Shown here: piece after piece, positions 12,404 through 27,817 of the stretch
Layout of the letters: each line of letters starts with the position of its first letter
Position numbering within the stretch: the stretch's first letter is position 1
Assembly (NCBI GenBank): GCA_964016885.1
Contig: OZ024742.1
Span: 40,548,001 to 40,612,000, forward strand
Source of the DNA: Eledone cirrhosa
Lineage: Eukaryota
DNA: 64,000 nt
Direction of reading: 5' to 3'
Position numbers and translations under genes: made by a program
Notes under the pieces: model-generated
Told to the model about the DNA's origin: nothing
What the model saw: only the letters and a program-made list of their open reading frames with translations
Databases searched by the model: none

Positions 12404-13118
12404 TTCTGAGCCCAGTTAAAGATATGTAAGTTGCAATGGAATTGAAACTACTCACGTAAATATAAACATACTGTATATTCTCTATATCGTCTTGTATAAA
12501 TTAATTGTATATAATGTAAAATAATTCTGATAAAATATTGCGTAATAAGGAATATGCAATTATATATTGATCTTGCAGCTTCAGTAAAATTAAATATTAA
12601 CAAATGATATGTATATTAAGTATTGCATAGATAGATATTGTATAGTTTTTGTATCATTTATTGCACAGGCAACAATAAGATTTATATGCAATAAAAATGC
12701 AAATCATCCTTTCTTTCTAAAATAGCTCCTCTTAATTTTTTTCGTTCTGTGAAACTTCCACAGATCCTGCTTATAATCATTATTGTGATGATTGAGTTGG
12801 GGGAGACAACACCATCTACTGCAGTGTAAAATAATGGATATGCCATACCATTTCCCATCACTTATTTCAGCACCACCATCTCTCCTCGATGCTCCTCTCA
12901 CCACACAATACTTCTCTGACAAACACAAACTCACAGTAGCACTTTCATAGACAATCACAAACTTACAGTAATCTAATACTCGCAGTAATACACATACATT
13001 TATACATACTCTCAGACACAAATTAATGTTCTTTTTACTTCAGATAGTACTTTCTATAACTAAGAAAGAACAGTCTGATATTACTATTTATTCTTCTTCT
13101 TATTATTATTATCATTAT

Positions 13119-13190
<72 letters not shown>

Positions 13191-13416
13191 ACAGTAGAAC
13201 ATATCCTTGCCATTGTCGTCATCATCATCACTACTACTACATATCATGATCACCCTTACTATTACTACTACTACTAATGTTATTATTATTCTTTGTTATT
13301 TTATTACATCCTCTGTTTTTTTTTACACGCAGAAATGCCCATTTCTACCGTCCTGTATTGTCCTGTACTGTCCTTAATGTCTACTTTATGTAAACCCTTG
13401 TGGTTAATAAAGAAAA

Positions 13417-13455
<39 letters not shown>

Positions 13456-13915
13456 ATGTAAGATTTTCATTTACTTTGCCTCACATTATTTGTTATAAAC
13501 TGCAGGTGAGATAAAATGAATATAAAAAAAGCAAAAAGACAAAATAGAGATGTAACTGAGAACAAGAACAATCCCCACCCCACCCCTCACCCCTTCACCC
13601 CAAAATAACTGCTACAACAACGAATATAAAAATCATAATATTCCATTTGCCTAATTCCAATTCAAAAGATTGGAATAAAAAATTGCAACAATAACAACAA
13701 ATATAAAAAATATGATACTCCATTTGGTTAATTTCAATTCAAAAGATTGGAAAAGTATACATGTATATACATAGTTTATATATATATATATAGTTTATAT
13801 ATATATATACATATACATATATATATATATATAGTTTATATATATATAGATATATACACACATATATATGTGTATATATATATATATAGTTTATATATAT
13901 ATATATACACACATA

Positions 13916-13972
<57 letters not shown>

Positions 13973-14002
13973 TATATATATATATATATATGCACACACA
14001 TA

Positions 14003-14034
<32 letters not shown>

Positions 14035-14789
14035 GTTTATATATATATATGCACACACATATATATATGTGTATATATATGTGTGTGTAAAACTCGCGAG
14101 GAACTCTTCTTTTAGAATTGTAAAAAGATTTTTTTTTTCGATATATATTATAAAATTCCTTCTCTCTTCTGTTATTTTGAGAAGAAAATTGGTGACGACG
14201 AGTGGGTGATGGTAGGAGGAAGGAAAGGGAGGTAGAGGAAAAGAGGGTAGGAGAAAGAAAGTGAGATGAAGAAAAGTAGAGAGTGAGAAAAAGAGATGGA
14301 GAGAGAGGAAAGCGGAATGGGGAGAGAGAAAGCGGGATAGAGAAAGAGGGAGAAAAAGAATAAAGAGAGAGAGAGAGATAGTGGTGACGTGAGAGAGAGA
14401 AAGCCTGAAAGAGAGAGAGAAGGTGAGACAAGGTGAGTGAAGGGGACAGAGTAACAGTCATGGAGAGGGAAAGAGAACGACAGAGGAAAGAGATAGAGAA
14501 AGAGAGACAGGGGATGGAGATTAGCGATTATGATCATGTAATTGTTATTGCTAAAACATACGCAAATGTGTGTGTGTACGTATGTGGTTATAGATTTGTG
14601 TGTGTGTGTGTATACGTATGTGTATATAGATTTGTGTGTGTGTGTTGTCGTATGTGTATATAGATTTGTGTGTGTGTGTGTGTGTACGTAAGTGTATATA
14701 GATTTGTGTGTGTGTACGTATGTGTATATAGATTTGTGTGTGTGTGCGCGTGTGTGTTGTGAAGGTGTTCGGCTCACAATTGTAAAGTC

Positions 14790-14950
14790 ATGGGTTTACT
14801 TACTGGTGGTTTGTTGTATCTTTGAGCAAGATAATATTTGATGTTATTGCAGTTCACTCAGCTGGCAAAAATAAGATATACCTGTAATTCAAAGGCTCAG
14901 CCTTGTCACATACTATGTCACGCTGAGAACTTCGTTATGGGTACTCGTGA
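14790..14950 (+). mobile_element. Degenerate fragment of a second SINE family
   Basis: TTGAGCAAG...CAGTTCACTCAGCTGGCAAAAAT resembles a SINE core; recognised from memory only. Confidence 0.35.
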
Positions 14951-15634
14951 TTGCATTTTTTAGTTAACTGGGTGGGAAGCCCCTCGGAATTCTCGGGTTT
15001 GGAAGTGACTATTACATCTGTCTCGCTTTGGAGTGGAAATGTGTTTTTCCTTTCGATCGTATCTGACCTTCAAAACCGCCAGGAATTTTCGTTTTTTTGT
15101 TAACTGGTTTTGGCTGTCAGATTCGTTTAAAACATAAAAAAATCACAGGTAACATAAATTACACCATGGCGAGACGGGTGTAATAGTAAAACATTTCCCG
15201 TTCTAAAAGCTGGAACATTCATCATTCTGCAATAATTTATTATCACGTTAACTAAGTATAACACGTAAGCTTACCTTAGAGAATTCAGCGAAATTATTTA
15301 CTTGAAGTGAAACTCAATTCACAGAGTCCTTTTTAGTTTATAAAAATCTCTCGATTCTCCATTATTTTCTTCGTATATGTCTTTTCAATTGTAAGCTTTG
15401 TTAGGCTTTTTTTAATTTTTCAAACCACGTAGGTGGATATGTATTAGATTTAGCGAGGCATTCGTATATTTAAAAAAAAGTGATAAGCACAATAACTGTA
15501 GTTATTGTTTTAGAGATTGGAAGGTCCTCTCCAAATTAAGTTCTAAATACCTTAGGACTTAATTTTATGCAGTCTAAAATGTCAATAAATTTCAAATTTT
15601 TCATAGAAACTCGTTTTTTTCCCATCTAGACAAT

Positions 15635-15816
15635 TTGGCAGTATCGGTAGAGGGTTGGACGCCATGCTTTCTAGTTCAGTTACGTCCCTTTACGGTCCGA
15701 GTTCAAATCCCGCCGAGGTTAACTTTGCCTTTCATCCTTACGGGGTCGATAAAATAAAGTACCAGTAATGTACTGGGTAATTGTTGGCCTTGTGCCAAAA
15801 GTAGAAACAATTATTA
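15635..15816 (+). mobile_element. SINE (same family as 4484)
   Basis: TTGGCAGTATCGGTAGAGG...GTTCAAATCCCGCCGAGG...GTAGAAAC plus ATT tail. Confidence 0.9.
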
Positions 15817-16600
15817 CTTATTTCAGAGAAAAGTTCTTGATAGATTAAAGATTTGGATGGTTTTTTTTCTAAAAGTAGATACATTTTCTTTCATAACATT
15901 CCAAATGTTATCAAATTAAGCTTACGCCATTTTTGGACAGCTAAAATGATATGCATTGATTTCATTTGCAATAATTTAAAAACGATGTTCGATAAATGAA
16001 AAAAAAATGCAAGAAAATACTTTAAAAAATTAAAATCAAATGTTTTAAGATTTACTGATTATCGTCTTGCATCATATTCCATTTTATTGCTGAAATATGT
16101 TTGAATTTTGAATACCATCAAGCAATGGAGCTGTTAACAATGGTGATATACTATTTAGTATCGTCTGTTCTAGCGTGTAATTGAATGTTCACGTCTTCTC
16201 TCGTTTTTTCCCTTATTAATTTCGAAACATCCAATGAATGTTGGCCACAGTCTGATGACATCAACCAGTGGCGTAACTCCCCCTCTCTAAACGTAACATA
16301 CCTTCAACTGCAGCAAAGTCGTCACCCTGCACGTTCTACTCACATTAAACCCCCACCCTGGCTAATTCAGTAACCTCATTTTTTATTTATTTAGTCCAAA
16401 ACAACACTATTAGTTGACTGATTTATCGTTCTAAATAGTCAACAACCCTTTAGAAATAATAGCAACATTTAAAAGATTTTTACGAGTTTTCATCAAAATC
16501 ACACAAAAATCAATCTGTTTTCAGTTAACTATTTCATCGTCACTATCATAAGGCAATTTTTTCTTTCAGGAAAAAAAGAGCATTATTCTAATTGGTCTTT

Positions 16601-16789
16601 GATGGCAGTGGATTGGCAGTATCGGTAGAGGATCGGACGCCATGCTTTGGCGCATAGAGTTACGGCTCTTGCCATTCTGAGTTCAAATCTCGCCGAGGTT
16701 AATTTTGCTTTTCATCCTTACGGGGTCGATAAAATAAAGTACCAGTAACACACTGAGTAATTGCAGGCCTTGTGCCAAAAGTAGAAGCA
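16601..16789 (+). mobile_element. SINE with 19-bp TSD
   Basis: TSD ATTATTCTAATTGGTCTTT at 16582-16600 and 16790-16808. Confidence 0.9.
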
Positions 16790-17569
16790 ATTATTCTAAT
16801 TGGTCTTTTAAAGATATCTCTGTTTTTCAAAACATCTTCATTAGGGCGGCTAATAACAAGTGATTTCTGTTTTTCAAGACCTTGCTATTTCTGCTGCATA
16901 AAGGTTCCTTTGTTGATTCGTGCAAAAAATGTGATTGTTGTTGTTTCTTCCCAGTTGAGCCCCGGTTAAGCAAACTTAAAATCAAAGGCATTTCAGATGT
17001 AAACATCTCATTTTTCCTCTGTAAAAGGAAGCCAGAATCAGATTATCTAACATGTACGTCTTTTTTTAAGTGCTTCGAGAGATATTTGGTTTATCCTATT
17101 TCTAGCTGGTCAAACCACCATATAGATTCTCTCTTGTTGGTGTTGTTGTTACAGCTTACATATGCAAGGGATTAGCCGACCTCATGTGTGGTCTGTTGGG
17201 TGTTTTAATGGTAGTGATCCCAGTCTTACCACGTCACTGTTTATCTGGAAAAACTGGAATCAGAAGTTGAACTCAAAACATGTAAATTTGGAACAGATAC
17301 TATCCAATACACTAACAATTTCACCAATCCACCACCCGGAACTAGTACATTATTTATCAATCCCAAAAGAATGAAAAGGTTGAACTCAGTAAGATTTTAA
17401 TACAGATCGCTACAAAGCATCTTATAAAGCAATGTAATGACTTTGCTAGATGGCCACCTTGTAGTGATGAGGTTTATTACTAGATGGATAAAAAAAATCC
17501 ATTTAATATGAACTTCTCCATCTCCTTATTCTTCTCCATTCTTCTTCTCCTTCCTCCTCCATTTTCTTA

Positions 17570-18285
17570 TTTCTTTTTCTTCGCCCATTTATTCCTGGAG
17601 ATGTTGAGGGGGGAGAGTCCTCAAGCATGCCTTCCAGCGGGTCCTGTCAGAAGCAACCGTCTACAATTGATACAGCGAGAATTCCGAATCTATCCAGCGA
17701 TTCTGTCCTGGGACATTCTAACTAAATGTCTGTAGTATCAGAGCTGTGATCTCTCAATTTGGAGAAGTAGCAGCTCATCTGGAGCAAATCTCGGATCTCC
17801 GTGCTACGCACTCTATCGTGTATCATTATTCCAAAGGCATCCCATTTCGGCCGTTTGTGTTCGTGATCATATTCTTTCGGTCATTACCCAAGAGTCATGA
17901 CTATAGGTAAGGATTGGCACGAATACCGAATTGAAGATAGTTAGTTTGGCTTTAATCCTACCCCCCTTCCGATTACTGAATGCTGAAACTAGCGCATTAC
18001 TGCACCAGCTTGTGCAATTCTTGCACTTAATTCAGCTTCCTGCCTTCCATCACCCGTGAACACGGCCCTCAGATACTTGAACCTCTCCACATGCTTCAGT
18101 GAAACTCAACTCACATATAGAGAGCACAGCACAGGTTTCCTTGTGAGAACGAGTGTCTCAGTCTTTGTAGCTCACAGTATCAAAACTATCAAGTGCATGT
18201 CGGAGATCACCTCCGGACGAGTTAAACAATGCCATGTAATTCGCAAATTCTAGCCGACAGTCTTGATACCCCTAGACCATCATTA
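17570..18285 (-). mobile_element. Decayed 3' fragment of an RTE-clade LINE
   Basis: Minus strand reads LKHVERFKYLRAVFTGDGRQEAELSARIAQAGAVMR and KAKLTIFNSVFVPILTYSHDSWVMTERI*SRTQTAEM. Confidence 0.75.
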
Positions 18286-18286
18286 T

Positions 18287-18408
18287 TTTACGGTCTGAGT
18301 TAATCGAGGTTAATTTTGCCTTTCATCCTTACAGCGTCGATAAAATAAAGTACCAGTAATGCACTGGGATAATTGCTGGCCTTGTGCCAAAAGTAGAAAC
18401 AATTATTA
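18287..18408 (+). mobile_element. 5'-truncated SINE
   Basis: CGAGGTTAATTTTGCCTTTCATCCTTAC...GTAGAAACAATTATT. Confidence 0.85.
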
Positions 18409-18555
18409 GCAACACCAACAACCACAACACTACCGCCATTATAATCATTATCAAGAACCACAATATCATAAAAAACAACAGCACCCACAACAAAAATATC
18501 TAGAACAGCAACATTACCATCAACAACAACAGCAGCAACATCGTCAACAATACAC

Positions 18556-21500
18556 CACTAACACTACCAATACCAACACCACTATCACCACCAACAACAA
18601 CACCATCACCACTACCACCACCAACAACAACACCAACACCACTATCACCACCAACAACAATACCATCACCACTATCACCACCAACAACAACACCATCACC
18701 ACTACCACCACCAACAACAATACCAACACCACTATCACCACCAACAACAACACCATCACCACTATCACCACCAACAACAACACTATCACCACTATCACCA
18801 CCAACAACAACACCATCACCACTATCACCACCAACAACAACACTATCACCACTATCACCACCAACAACAACACCATCACCACTATCACCACCAACAACAA
18901 CACCAACACCACTATCACCACCAACAACAACACCATCACCACTATCACCACCAACAACAACACCAACACCACTACCACCACCAACAACAACACTATCACC
19001 ACTATCACCACCAACAACAACACCATCACCACTATCACCACCAACAACAACACTACCACCACTACCACCACCAACAACAACACCATCACCACTATCACCA
19101 CCAACAACAACACCATCACCACTACCACCACCAACAACAACACCAACACCACTATCACCACCAACAACAACACTATCACCACTGTCACCACCAACAACAA
19201 CACCATCACCACTATCACCACCAACAACAACACCATCACCACTATCACCACCAACAACAACACTATCACCACTGTCACCACCAACAACAACACCATCACC
19301 ACTATCACCACCAACAACAACACTATCACCACTGTCACCACCAACAACAACACCATCACCACTATCACCACCAACAACAACACCATCACCACTACCACCA
19401 CCAACAACAACACCAACACCACTGTCACCACCAACAACAACACCATCACCACTGTCACCACCAACAACAACACCATCACCACTATCACCACCAACAACAA
19501 CACTATCACTACTACCACCACCAACAACAACACTATCACCACTATCACCACCAACAACAACACCATCACCACTATCACCACCAACAACAACACCATCACC
19601 ACTATCACCACCAACAACAACACCATCACCACTATCACCACCAACAACAACACCATCACCACTATCACCACCAACAACAACACCAACACCACTATCACCA
19701 CCAACAACAACACTATCACCACTGTCACCACCAACAACAACACCATCACCACTATCACCACCAACAACAACACCATCACCACTGTCACCACCAACAACAA
19801 CACTATCACCACTGTCACCACCAACAACAACACTATCACTACTACCACCACCAACAACAACACTACCACCACTATCACCACCAACAACAACACTATCACT
19901 ACTACCACCACCAACAACAACACTATCACCACTATCACCACCAACAACAACACCAACACCACTATCACCACCAACAACAACACTATCACCACTGTCACCA
20001 CCAACAACAACACCATCACCACTATCACCACCAACAACAACACCATCACCACTACCACCACCAACAACAACACTATCACCACTATCACCACCAACAACAA
20101 CACCAACACCACTATCACCACTACCACCACCAACAACAACACCAACACCTCTATCACCACCAACAACAACACTATCACCACTACCACCACCAACAACAAC
20201 ACTATCACCACTATCACCACCAACAACAACACCATCACCACTATCACCACTACCACCACCAACAACAACACCAACACCACTATCACCACCAACAACAACA
20301 CTACCACCACTACCACCACCAACAACAACACCATCACCACTATCACCACTACCACCACCAACAACAACACCAACACCTCTATCACCACCAACAACAACAC
20401 CATCACCACTATCACCACCAACAACAACACCATCACCACTATCACCACCAACAACAACACCATCACCACTATCACCACCAACAACAACACCATCACCACT
20501 ACCACCACCAACAACAACACCATCACCACTATCACCACCAACAACAACACTACCACCACTACCACCACCACCACAAACAATACCACCACTATCACCACCA
20601 ACAACAACACCATCACCACTAATCACCACCAACAACAACACCATCACCACTATCACCACCAACAACAACACCAACACCACTATCACCACCAACAACAACA
20701 CCATCACCACTACCACCACCAACAACAATACCAACAACACTATCACCACCAACAACAACACCAACACCACTATCACCACCAACAACAACACTATCACCAC
20801 TATCACCACCAACAACAACACCAACACCACTGTCACCACCAACAACAAAACCAACACCACTACCACCACCAACAACAACACTATCACCACTATCACCACC
20901 AACAACAACACCAACACCACTGTCACCACCAACAACAAAACCAACACCACTACCACCACCAACAACAAAACCAACACCACTACCACCACCAACAACAACA
21001 CTATCACCACTATCACCACCAACAACAACACCAACACCACTGTCACCACCAACAACAAAACCAACACCACTACCACCACCAACAACAACACCAACACCAC
21101 TACCACCACCAACAACAACACCAACACCACTATCACCACCAACAACAACACTAACACCACTACCACCACCAACAACAACACTAACACCACTATCACCACC
21201 AACAACAACACCAACACCACTGTCACCACCAACAACACCATCACCACTATCACCACCAACAACAACACCATCACCACTATCACCACCAACAACAACACTA
21301 TCACCACTACCACCACCAACAACAACACTACCACCACTACCACCACCAACAACAACACCAACACCACTACCACCACCAACAACAACACTATCACCACTAC
21401 CACCACCAACAACATCACCATCACCACTATCACCACCAACAACAACACCATCACCACTACCACCACCAACAACAACACTACCACCACTACCACCACCAAC

Positions 21501-24500
21501 AACAACACCAACACCACTATCACCACCAACAACAACACTATCACCACTACCACCACCAACAACATCACCATCACCACTATCACCACCAACAACAACACCA
21601 TCACCACTACCACCACCAACAACAACACTACCACCACTACCACCACCAACAACAACACCAACACCACTATCACCACCAACAACAACACTATCACCACTAC
21701 CACCACCAACAACATCACCATCACCACTATCACCACCAACAACAACACCATCACCACTACCACCACCAACAACAACACTACCACCACTACCACCACCAAC
21801 AACAACACTATCACCACTATCACCACCAACAACAACACTATCACCGCTACCACCACCAACAACAACTCTATCACCACTATCACCACCAACAACAACACCA
21901 ACACCACTACCACCACCAACAACAACACCAACACCACTACCACCACCAACAACAACACTATCACCACTATCACCACCAACAACAACACCAACACCACTAT
22001 CACCACCAACAACAACACCATCACCACTACCACCACCAACAACAACACCAACACCACTACCACCACCAACAACAACACTATCACCACTATCACCACCAAC
22101 AACAACACTATCACCGCTACCACCACCAACAACAACTCTATCACCACTATCACCACCAACAACAACACCAACACCACTATCACCACCAACAACAACACCA
22201 ACACCACTACCACCACCAACAACAACACTATCACCACTATCACCACCAACAACAACACCAACACCACTATCACCACCAACAACAACACCATCACCACTAC
22301 CACCACCAACAACAACACCAACACCACTACCACCACCAACAACAACACCAACACCACTACCACCACCAACAACAACACTATCACCACTATCACCACCAAC
22401 AACAACACCAACACCACTATCACCACCAACAACAACACCAACACCACTACCACCACCAACAACAACACTATCACCACTATCACCACCAACAACAACACTA
22501 TCACCACTACCACCACCAACAACAACACCATCACCACTATCACCACCAACAACAACACCAACACCACTATCACCACTACCACCACCAACAACAACACCAA
22601 CACCTCTATCACCACCAACAACAACACTACAACCACTACCACCACCAACAACAACACCATCAACACTATCACCACTACCACCACCAACAACAACACCAAC
22701 ACCTCTATCACCACCAACAACAACACTACCACCACTACCACCACCAACAACAACACCATCAACACTATCACCTCTATCACCACCAACAACAACACCATCA
22801 CCACTATCACCACCAACAACAACACCATCACCACTATCACCACCAACAACAACACCATCACCACTATCACCACCAACAACAACACTACCACCACTACCAC
22901 CACCACCACCAACAATACCACCACTACCACCACCACCAACAACCACCATCACCACTACCACCACCAACAACAACACTATCACCACTATCACCACCAACAA
23001 CAACACCAACACCACTACCACCACCAACAACAACACCAACACCACTACCACCACCAACAACAACACCAACACCACTATCACCACCAACAACAACACTACC
23101 ACCACTACCACCACCACCAACAATACCACCACTACCACCACCACCAACAACACCAACACCACTATCACCACCAACAACACCATCACCACTATCACCACCA
23201 ACAACAACACTATCACCACCAACAACAACACCAACACCACTATCACCACCAACAACACCAACACCACTATCACCACCAACAACAACACTACCACCACTAT
23301 CACCACCAACAACAACAATACCACCACTACCACCACCACCAACAACACCAACACCACTATCACCACCAACAACAACACCATCACCACTACCACCACCAAC
23401 AACAACACTACCACCACTACCACCACCAACAACAACACCATCACCACTACCACCACCAACAACAACACCATCACCACTGTCACCACCAACAACAACACCA
23501 TCACCACTACCACCACCAACAACAACACCATCACCACTGTCACCACCAACAACAACACCATCACCACTATCACCACCAACAACAACACCATCACCACTAT
23601 CACCACCAACAACAACACCATCACCACTACCACCACCAACAACAACACTATCACCACTATCACCACCAACAACAACACCATCACCACTATCACCACCAAC
23701 AACAACACTATCACCACTACCACCACCAACAACAACACCATCACCACTATCACCACCAACAACAACACCATCACCACTACCACCACCAACAACAACACTA
23801 TCACCACTACCACCACCAACAACAACACCATCACCACTATCACCACCAACAACAACACCAACACCACTACCACCACCACCACCAACAATACCACCACTAC
23901 CACCACCAACAACAACACCAACACCACTACCACCACCACCAACAATACCACCACTACCACCACCAACAACAACACCAACACCACTATCACCACCAACAAC
24001 AACACCAACACCACTATCACCACCAACAACAACACCAACACCACTACCACCACCACCACCAACAATACCACCACTACCACCACCAACAACAACACCAACA
24101 CCACTACCACCACCAACAACAACACCAACACCACTACCACCACCAACAACAACACCAACACCACTACCACCACCAACAACAACACCAACACCACTACCAC
24201 CAACAACACCAACACCACTGTCACCACCAACAATAACACCAACACCACTATCACCACCAACAACAACACTATCACCACTACCACCACCAACAACAACACC
24301 AACACCACTACCACCACCAACAACAACACCAACACCACTACCACCACCAACAACAACACCAACACCACTACCACCACCAACAACAACACCAACACCACTA
24401 CCACCAACAACACCAACACCACTGTCACCACCAACAATAACACCAACACCACTATCACCACCAACAACAACACTATCACCACTACCACCACCAACAACAA

Positions 24501-24815
24501 CACCATCACCACTACCACCACCAACAACAACACCAACACCACTACCACCACCAACAACAACACCAACACCACTACCACCAACAACACCAACACCTCTATC
24601 ACCACCAACAATAACACCATCACCACTATCACCACCAACAACAACACCAACACCACTACCACCACCACCAACAATAACACCATCACCACTATCACCACCA
24701 CCAACAATAACACCATCACCACTATCACCACCACCAACAACAACACCATCACCACTACCACCACCAACAACAACAACACCATCACCACTATCACCACCAA
24801 CAACAATAACAACTA
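18556..24815 (+). repeat. About 6.3-kb minisatellite, 30-bp unit built from ACC/AAC/ATC/ACT triplets
   Basis: CACCATCACCACTATCACCACCAACAACAA repeated about 200 times. Register is exactly 30 for 18570-20120; later indels are mostly multiples of 3. Confidence 0.97.
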
Positions 24816-25054
24816 TACCGCCAGCAACACCAGATTTGTTGCTTTATGCCAATCTTAACAACCATTATTACAATTTAAATTATGAGATTTGCTGATCGAA
24901 GATTTGAATATACTATTTTTCTCTCTCCTACAAATACATATGCATGAATATCATTTCAATGTTATCAACGTTATTTCTGTCTGTTAAATATGATTTTGGT
25001 AGGTGTGCTGTGTGTGTGTGTGTGTGTGTCTGTGTCTGTGTGTGTGTGTGTGTG

Positions 25055-25132
<78 letters not shown>

Positions 25133-25147
25133 TGTGTGTGTGTGTGT

Positions 25148-25221
<74 letters not shown>

Positions 25222-25461
25222 GCGTATATGTGCGTGCGGCTAGAGATTCAACAAGAAAAAAGCGCTCTAAATATAAACAGAACTAATTTACATTGATTCG
25301 TATATACGAAAATTATTGCGCAACATTAGGTTTCATGCTCCAACAATATTGCATGATCGTCATTACTACTTATCAACTGTCCCTTCAGGCGCTTATTTAC
25401 AAAATGCCTGAACGAGGTTTGTGGGGAAAAATTCCTAATATTTCTCATATAGTTCAATTCT

Positions 25462-25617
<156 letters not shown>

Positions 25618-25738
25618 ATACATAAAGAAATGAACTATAAATGGAGATTTCCACATAAGTCATATATGTCAAGATATGGAAACATTTGTCGAAAAATGTT
25701 GTGTAATTGATTGGTATTTTTGGTTAACTTTCCCTAAA

Positions 25739-25790
<52 letters not shown>

Positions 25791-25981
25791 TACATATATA
25801 TATATAATAAATGGTCACCTGCCAACTGTCAGAGATAGTGAAAATATATGCCATTTTCTAAAATATACAGTGACTGATCGGCCTGATTTGCATATTAGCA
25901 GACTGGCTGATCAGTCAGATTTGCATATTAGCAGATCCACTGATAAGCCATGCATATCAGCAGATTGGCCAGTATATATAT

Positions 25982-26023
<42 letters not shown>

Positions 26024-26071
26024 AGATAAGTCAAATTGACCAATTCTTCCCGCCTAGATATCTCAACTCTA

Positions 26072-26107
26072 CTTTTGAAAAGCAGAAGAACTGCGAAACC
26101 GGTAAAG
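26072..26107 (+). ncRNA. Minimal hammerhead motif, U3-A8 core variant
   Basis: CTT-TTGAAAA-GCAG/AAGAA/CTGC-GAAA-CCGG-TA-AAG; stem I is only 3 bp. Confidence 0.5.
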
Positions 26108-26258
26108 GAACCAAATAAATATATATATATATTTTTTAAATAAGACTCCAGTTGCATTTTCGATTTCATCTTTTTTTCTTTATATATATATATATATATA
26201 TGTATATATACTTATTTTATATATATATATGTATATATATACTTATTATATATATATA

Positions 26259-27584
26259 TATACAGCAGCACAGACTCCACCACAGCAATGAAGAGGCGGA
26301 TTTTCAGGTCTCTACGAAGGTCCGACTTCCACACCGATCTCAAGCTGTGGCACGCCGCCCAGGCCTTTCTCTTCCTCTCAACCACATCATCTTCCATATT
26401 CCCAATCTTTGCTCCCAAATAGAGGAAGCACTCAACCAATTCTAGCGGCTTCCCGCCTACATTAGTGATCCCCTCTGGCTTCTCAACATTCTCTACCAGA
26501 TATTTTGTTTTAGTCTCATTCATTCTCAGCCCCACACTCATCGACACAGTCTCAACCTCCCGCATCAAATCCTCTGCCTCCTTCACTGTATTTGTCACCA
26601 AAGCTATGTCGTCGGCAAATTCAGCATCCGATACCTTTTTCGCCCTAACTCTCCTGCTCTGAGCCGGTGCTACAGTAAAGCCAGAGTCCTGGTGTTTCTC
26701 CAGTGTAAGGCGCATACAATAGTCCACTACGATGATAAAAAGGTAGGGAGCCAATGTATCTCCCTGGAGCACTCCAGCCAGTATCTCAAAAACTCTGTCA
26801 TCCCATCAGGTGTAATGACTTGGGCTTTGGTGTTGGTGTAGAGCAGTGATATCAGGTCCACTATCCTCTTGGGGATTCCATAAGCCTGTAAGATCTTCAT
26901 CAGGCAGTAACGGTCCACAGAATCAAAGGCCTTCCTAAAGTCAATGAAAACCATGACCGCAGGAAGGCACTTTGCTCTAGCTCCCTCTAATATCCTCCTC
27001 AGCATCAGGATGTCACTGGTGGTTGATCTACCCTCTCTGAAGCCGTTCTGGTTGTCCCTGAGCTTCTTCTCCATCTCAGGCTGGATCCTGTTAAGAATCA
27101 TCCTGTTGAGGGTCTTTGCCACAAGTGATGTCAGTGAGATCCCCCTGTAGTCGTTGGTGTTAGAGAGATCTCCCTTCTTTGGCACTGGGACTGGGACTTG
27201 GACACTGACCAAGAAACTCACTCACATGGTGGATGGGTGCTACACGAGAATGCTGAGGATGGCTCTGAACATTAATCAGTATACACTGAGGAGGAAAAAC
27301 TCAGAGCTGTATGGGAGCATCCCAAAAGTCAGCTCAAAAGTGACACAGAGGAGACTGAGGTTAGCTGGACATGCTCACCGACATCCAGAGTTGACATTGC
27401 ACTCAGTGCTCCTTTGGGAGCCCCTACATGGACACACTAGAAGAGGAAGACCAAGGTTAACGTATGTTGATGCCCTAAGGACAGGCACTGGTCTGTTGGA
27501 GACGGAGGACAAGGCAGCGATAATGAGGGACAGAGACCGCTGGAGAGAACTCGTCCATGGATCTCGGGAATTTTACCCGCCTTA

Positions 27585-27587
<3 letters not shown>
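26259..27587. mobile_element. RTE-clade LINE, 5'-truncated and 5'-inverted, inserted in (TA)n
   Basis: Minus strand 27190 to 26259: PVPKKGDLSNTNDYRGISL, QNGFREGRST, FIDFRKAFDSV, LQGDTLAPYLF, FADD, VESVLLY. Plus strand 27195-27585 continues TWTLTK..DGCYTRMLR..RRLRLAGH..RGRPRLTYVD..DRDRWR. Confidence 0.92.
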
Positions 27588-27660
<73 letters not shown>

Positions 27661-27662
<2 letters not shown>

Positions 27663-27817
27663 CGTCGCGCCCTTATAATATGTCTCTGTATGTCTGGCTG
27701 TCTGCATTAGATACATAGCTATAACGTCGCACGCTTATAATATATGTCTGTATGGCTGCCTGTATGCATTGACTTCGCTTCTAACCAACTTTTAATTAAT
27801 TCAGTGCAAAGATACCG

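Noticed and set aside
12704-13021. 105-aa minus-strand ORF as a host exon
   Set aside because: No recognisable motif or splice context.
15635-15720. GTTCAAATCC as a tRNA gene
   Set aside because: It is the head of a multi-copy SINE with TSDs, not a cloverleaf.
18500-24812. Long minus-strand V/L/G ORFs (1480, 691, 1397 aa)
   Set aside because: Triplet-built satellite lacking stops in several frames at once; no domain or gene structure.
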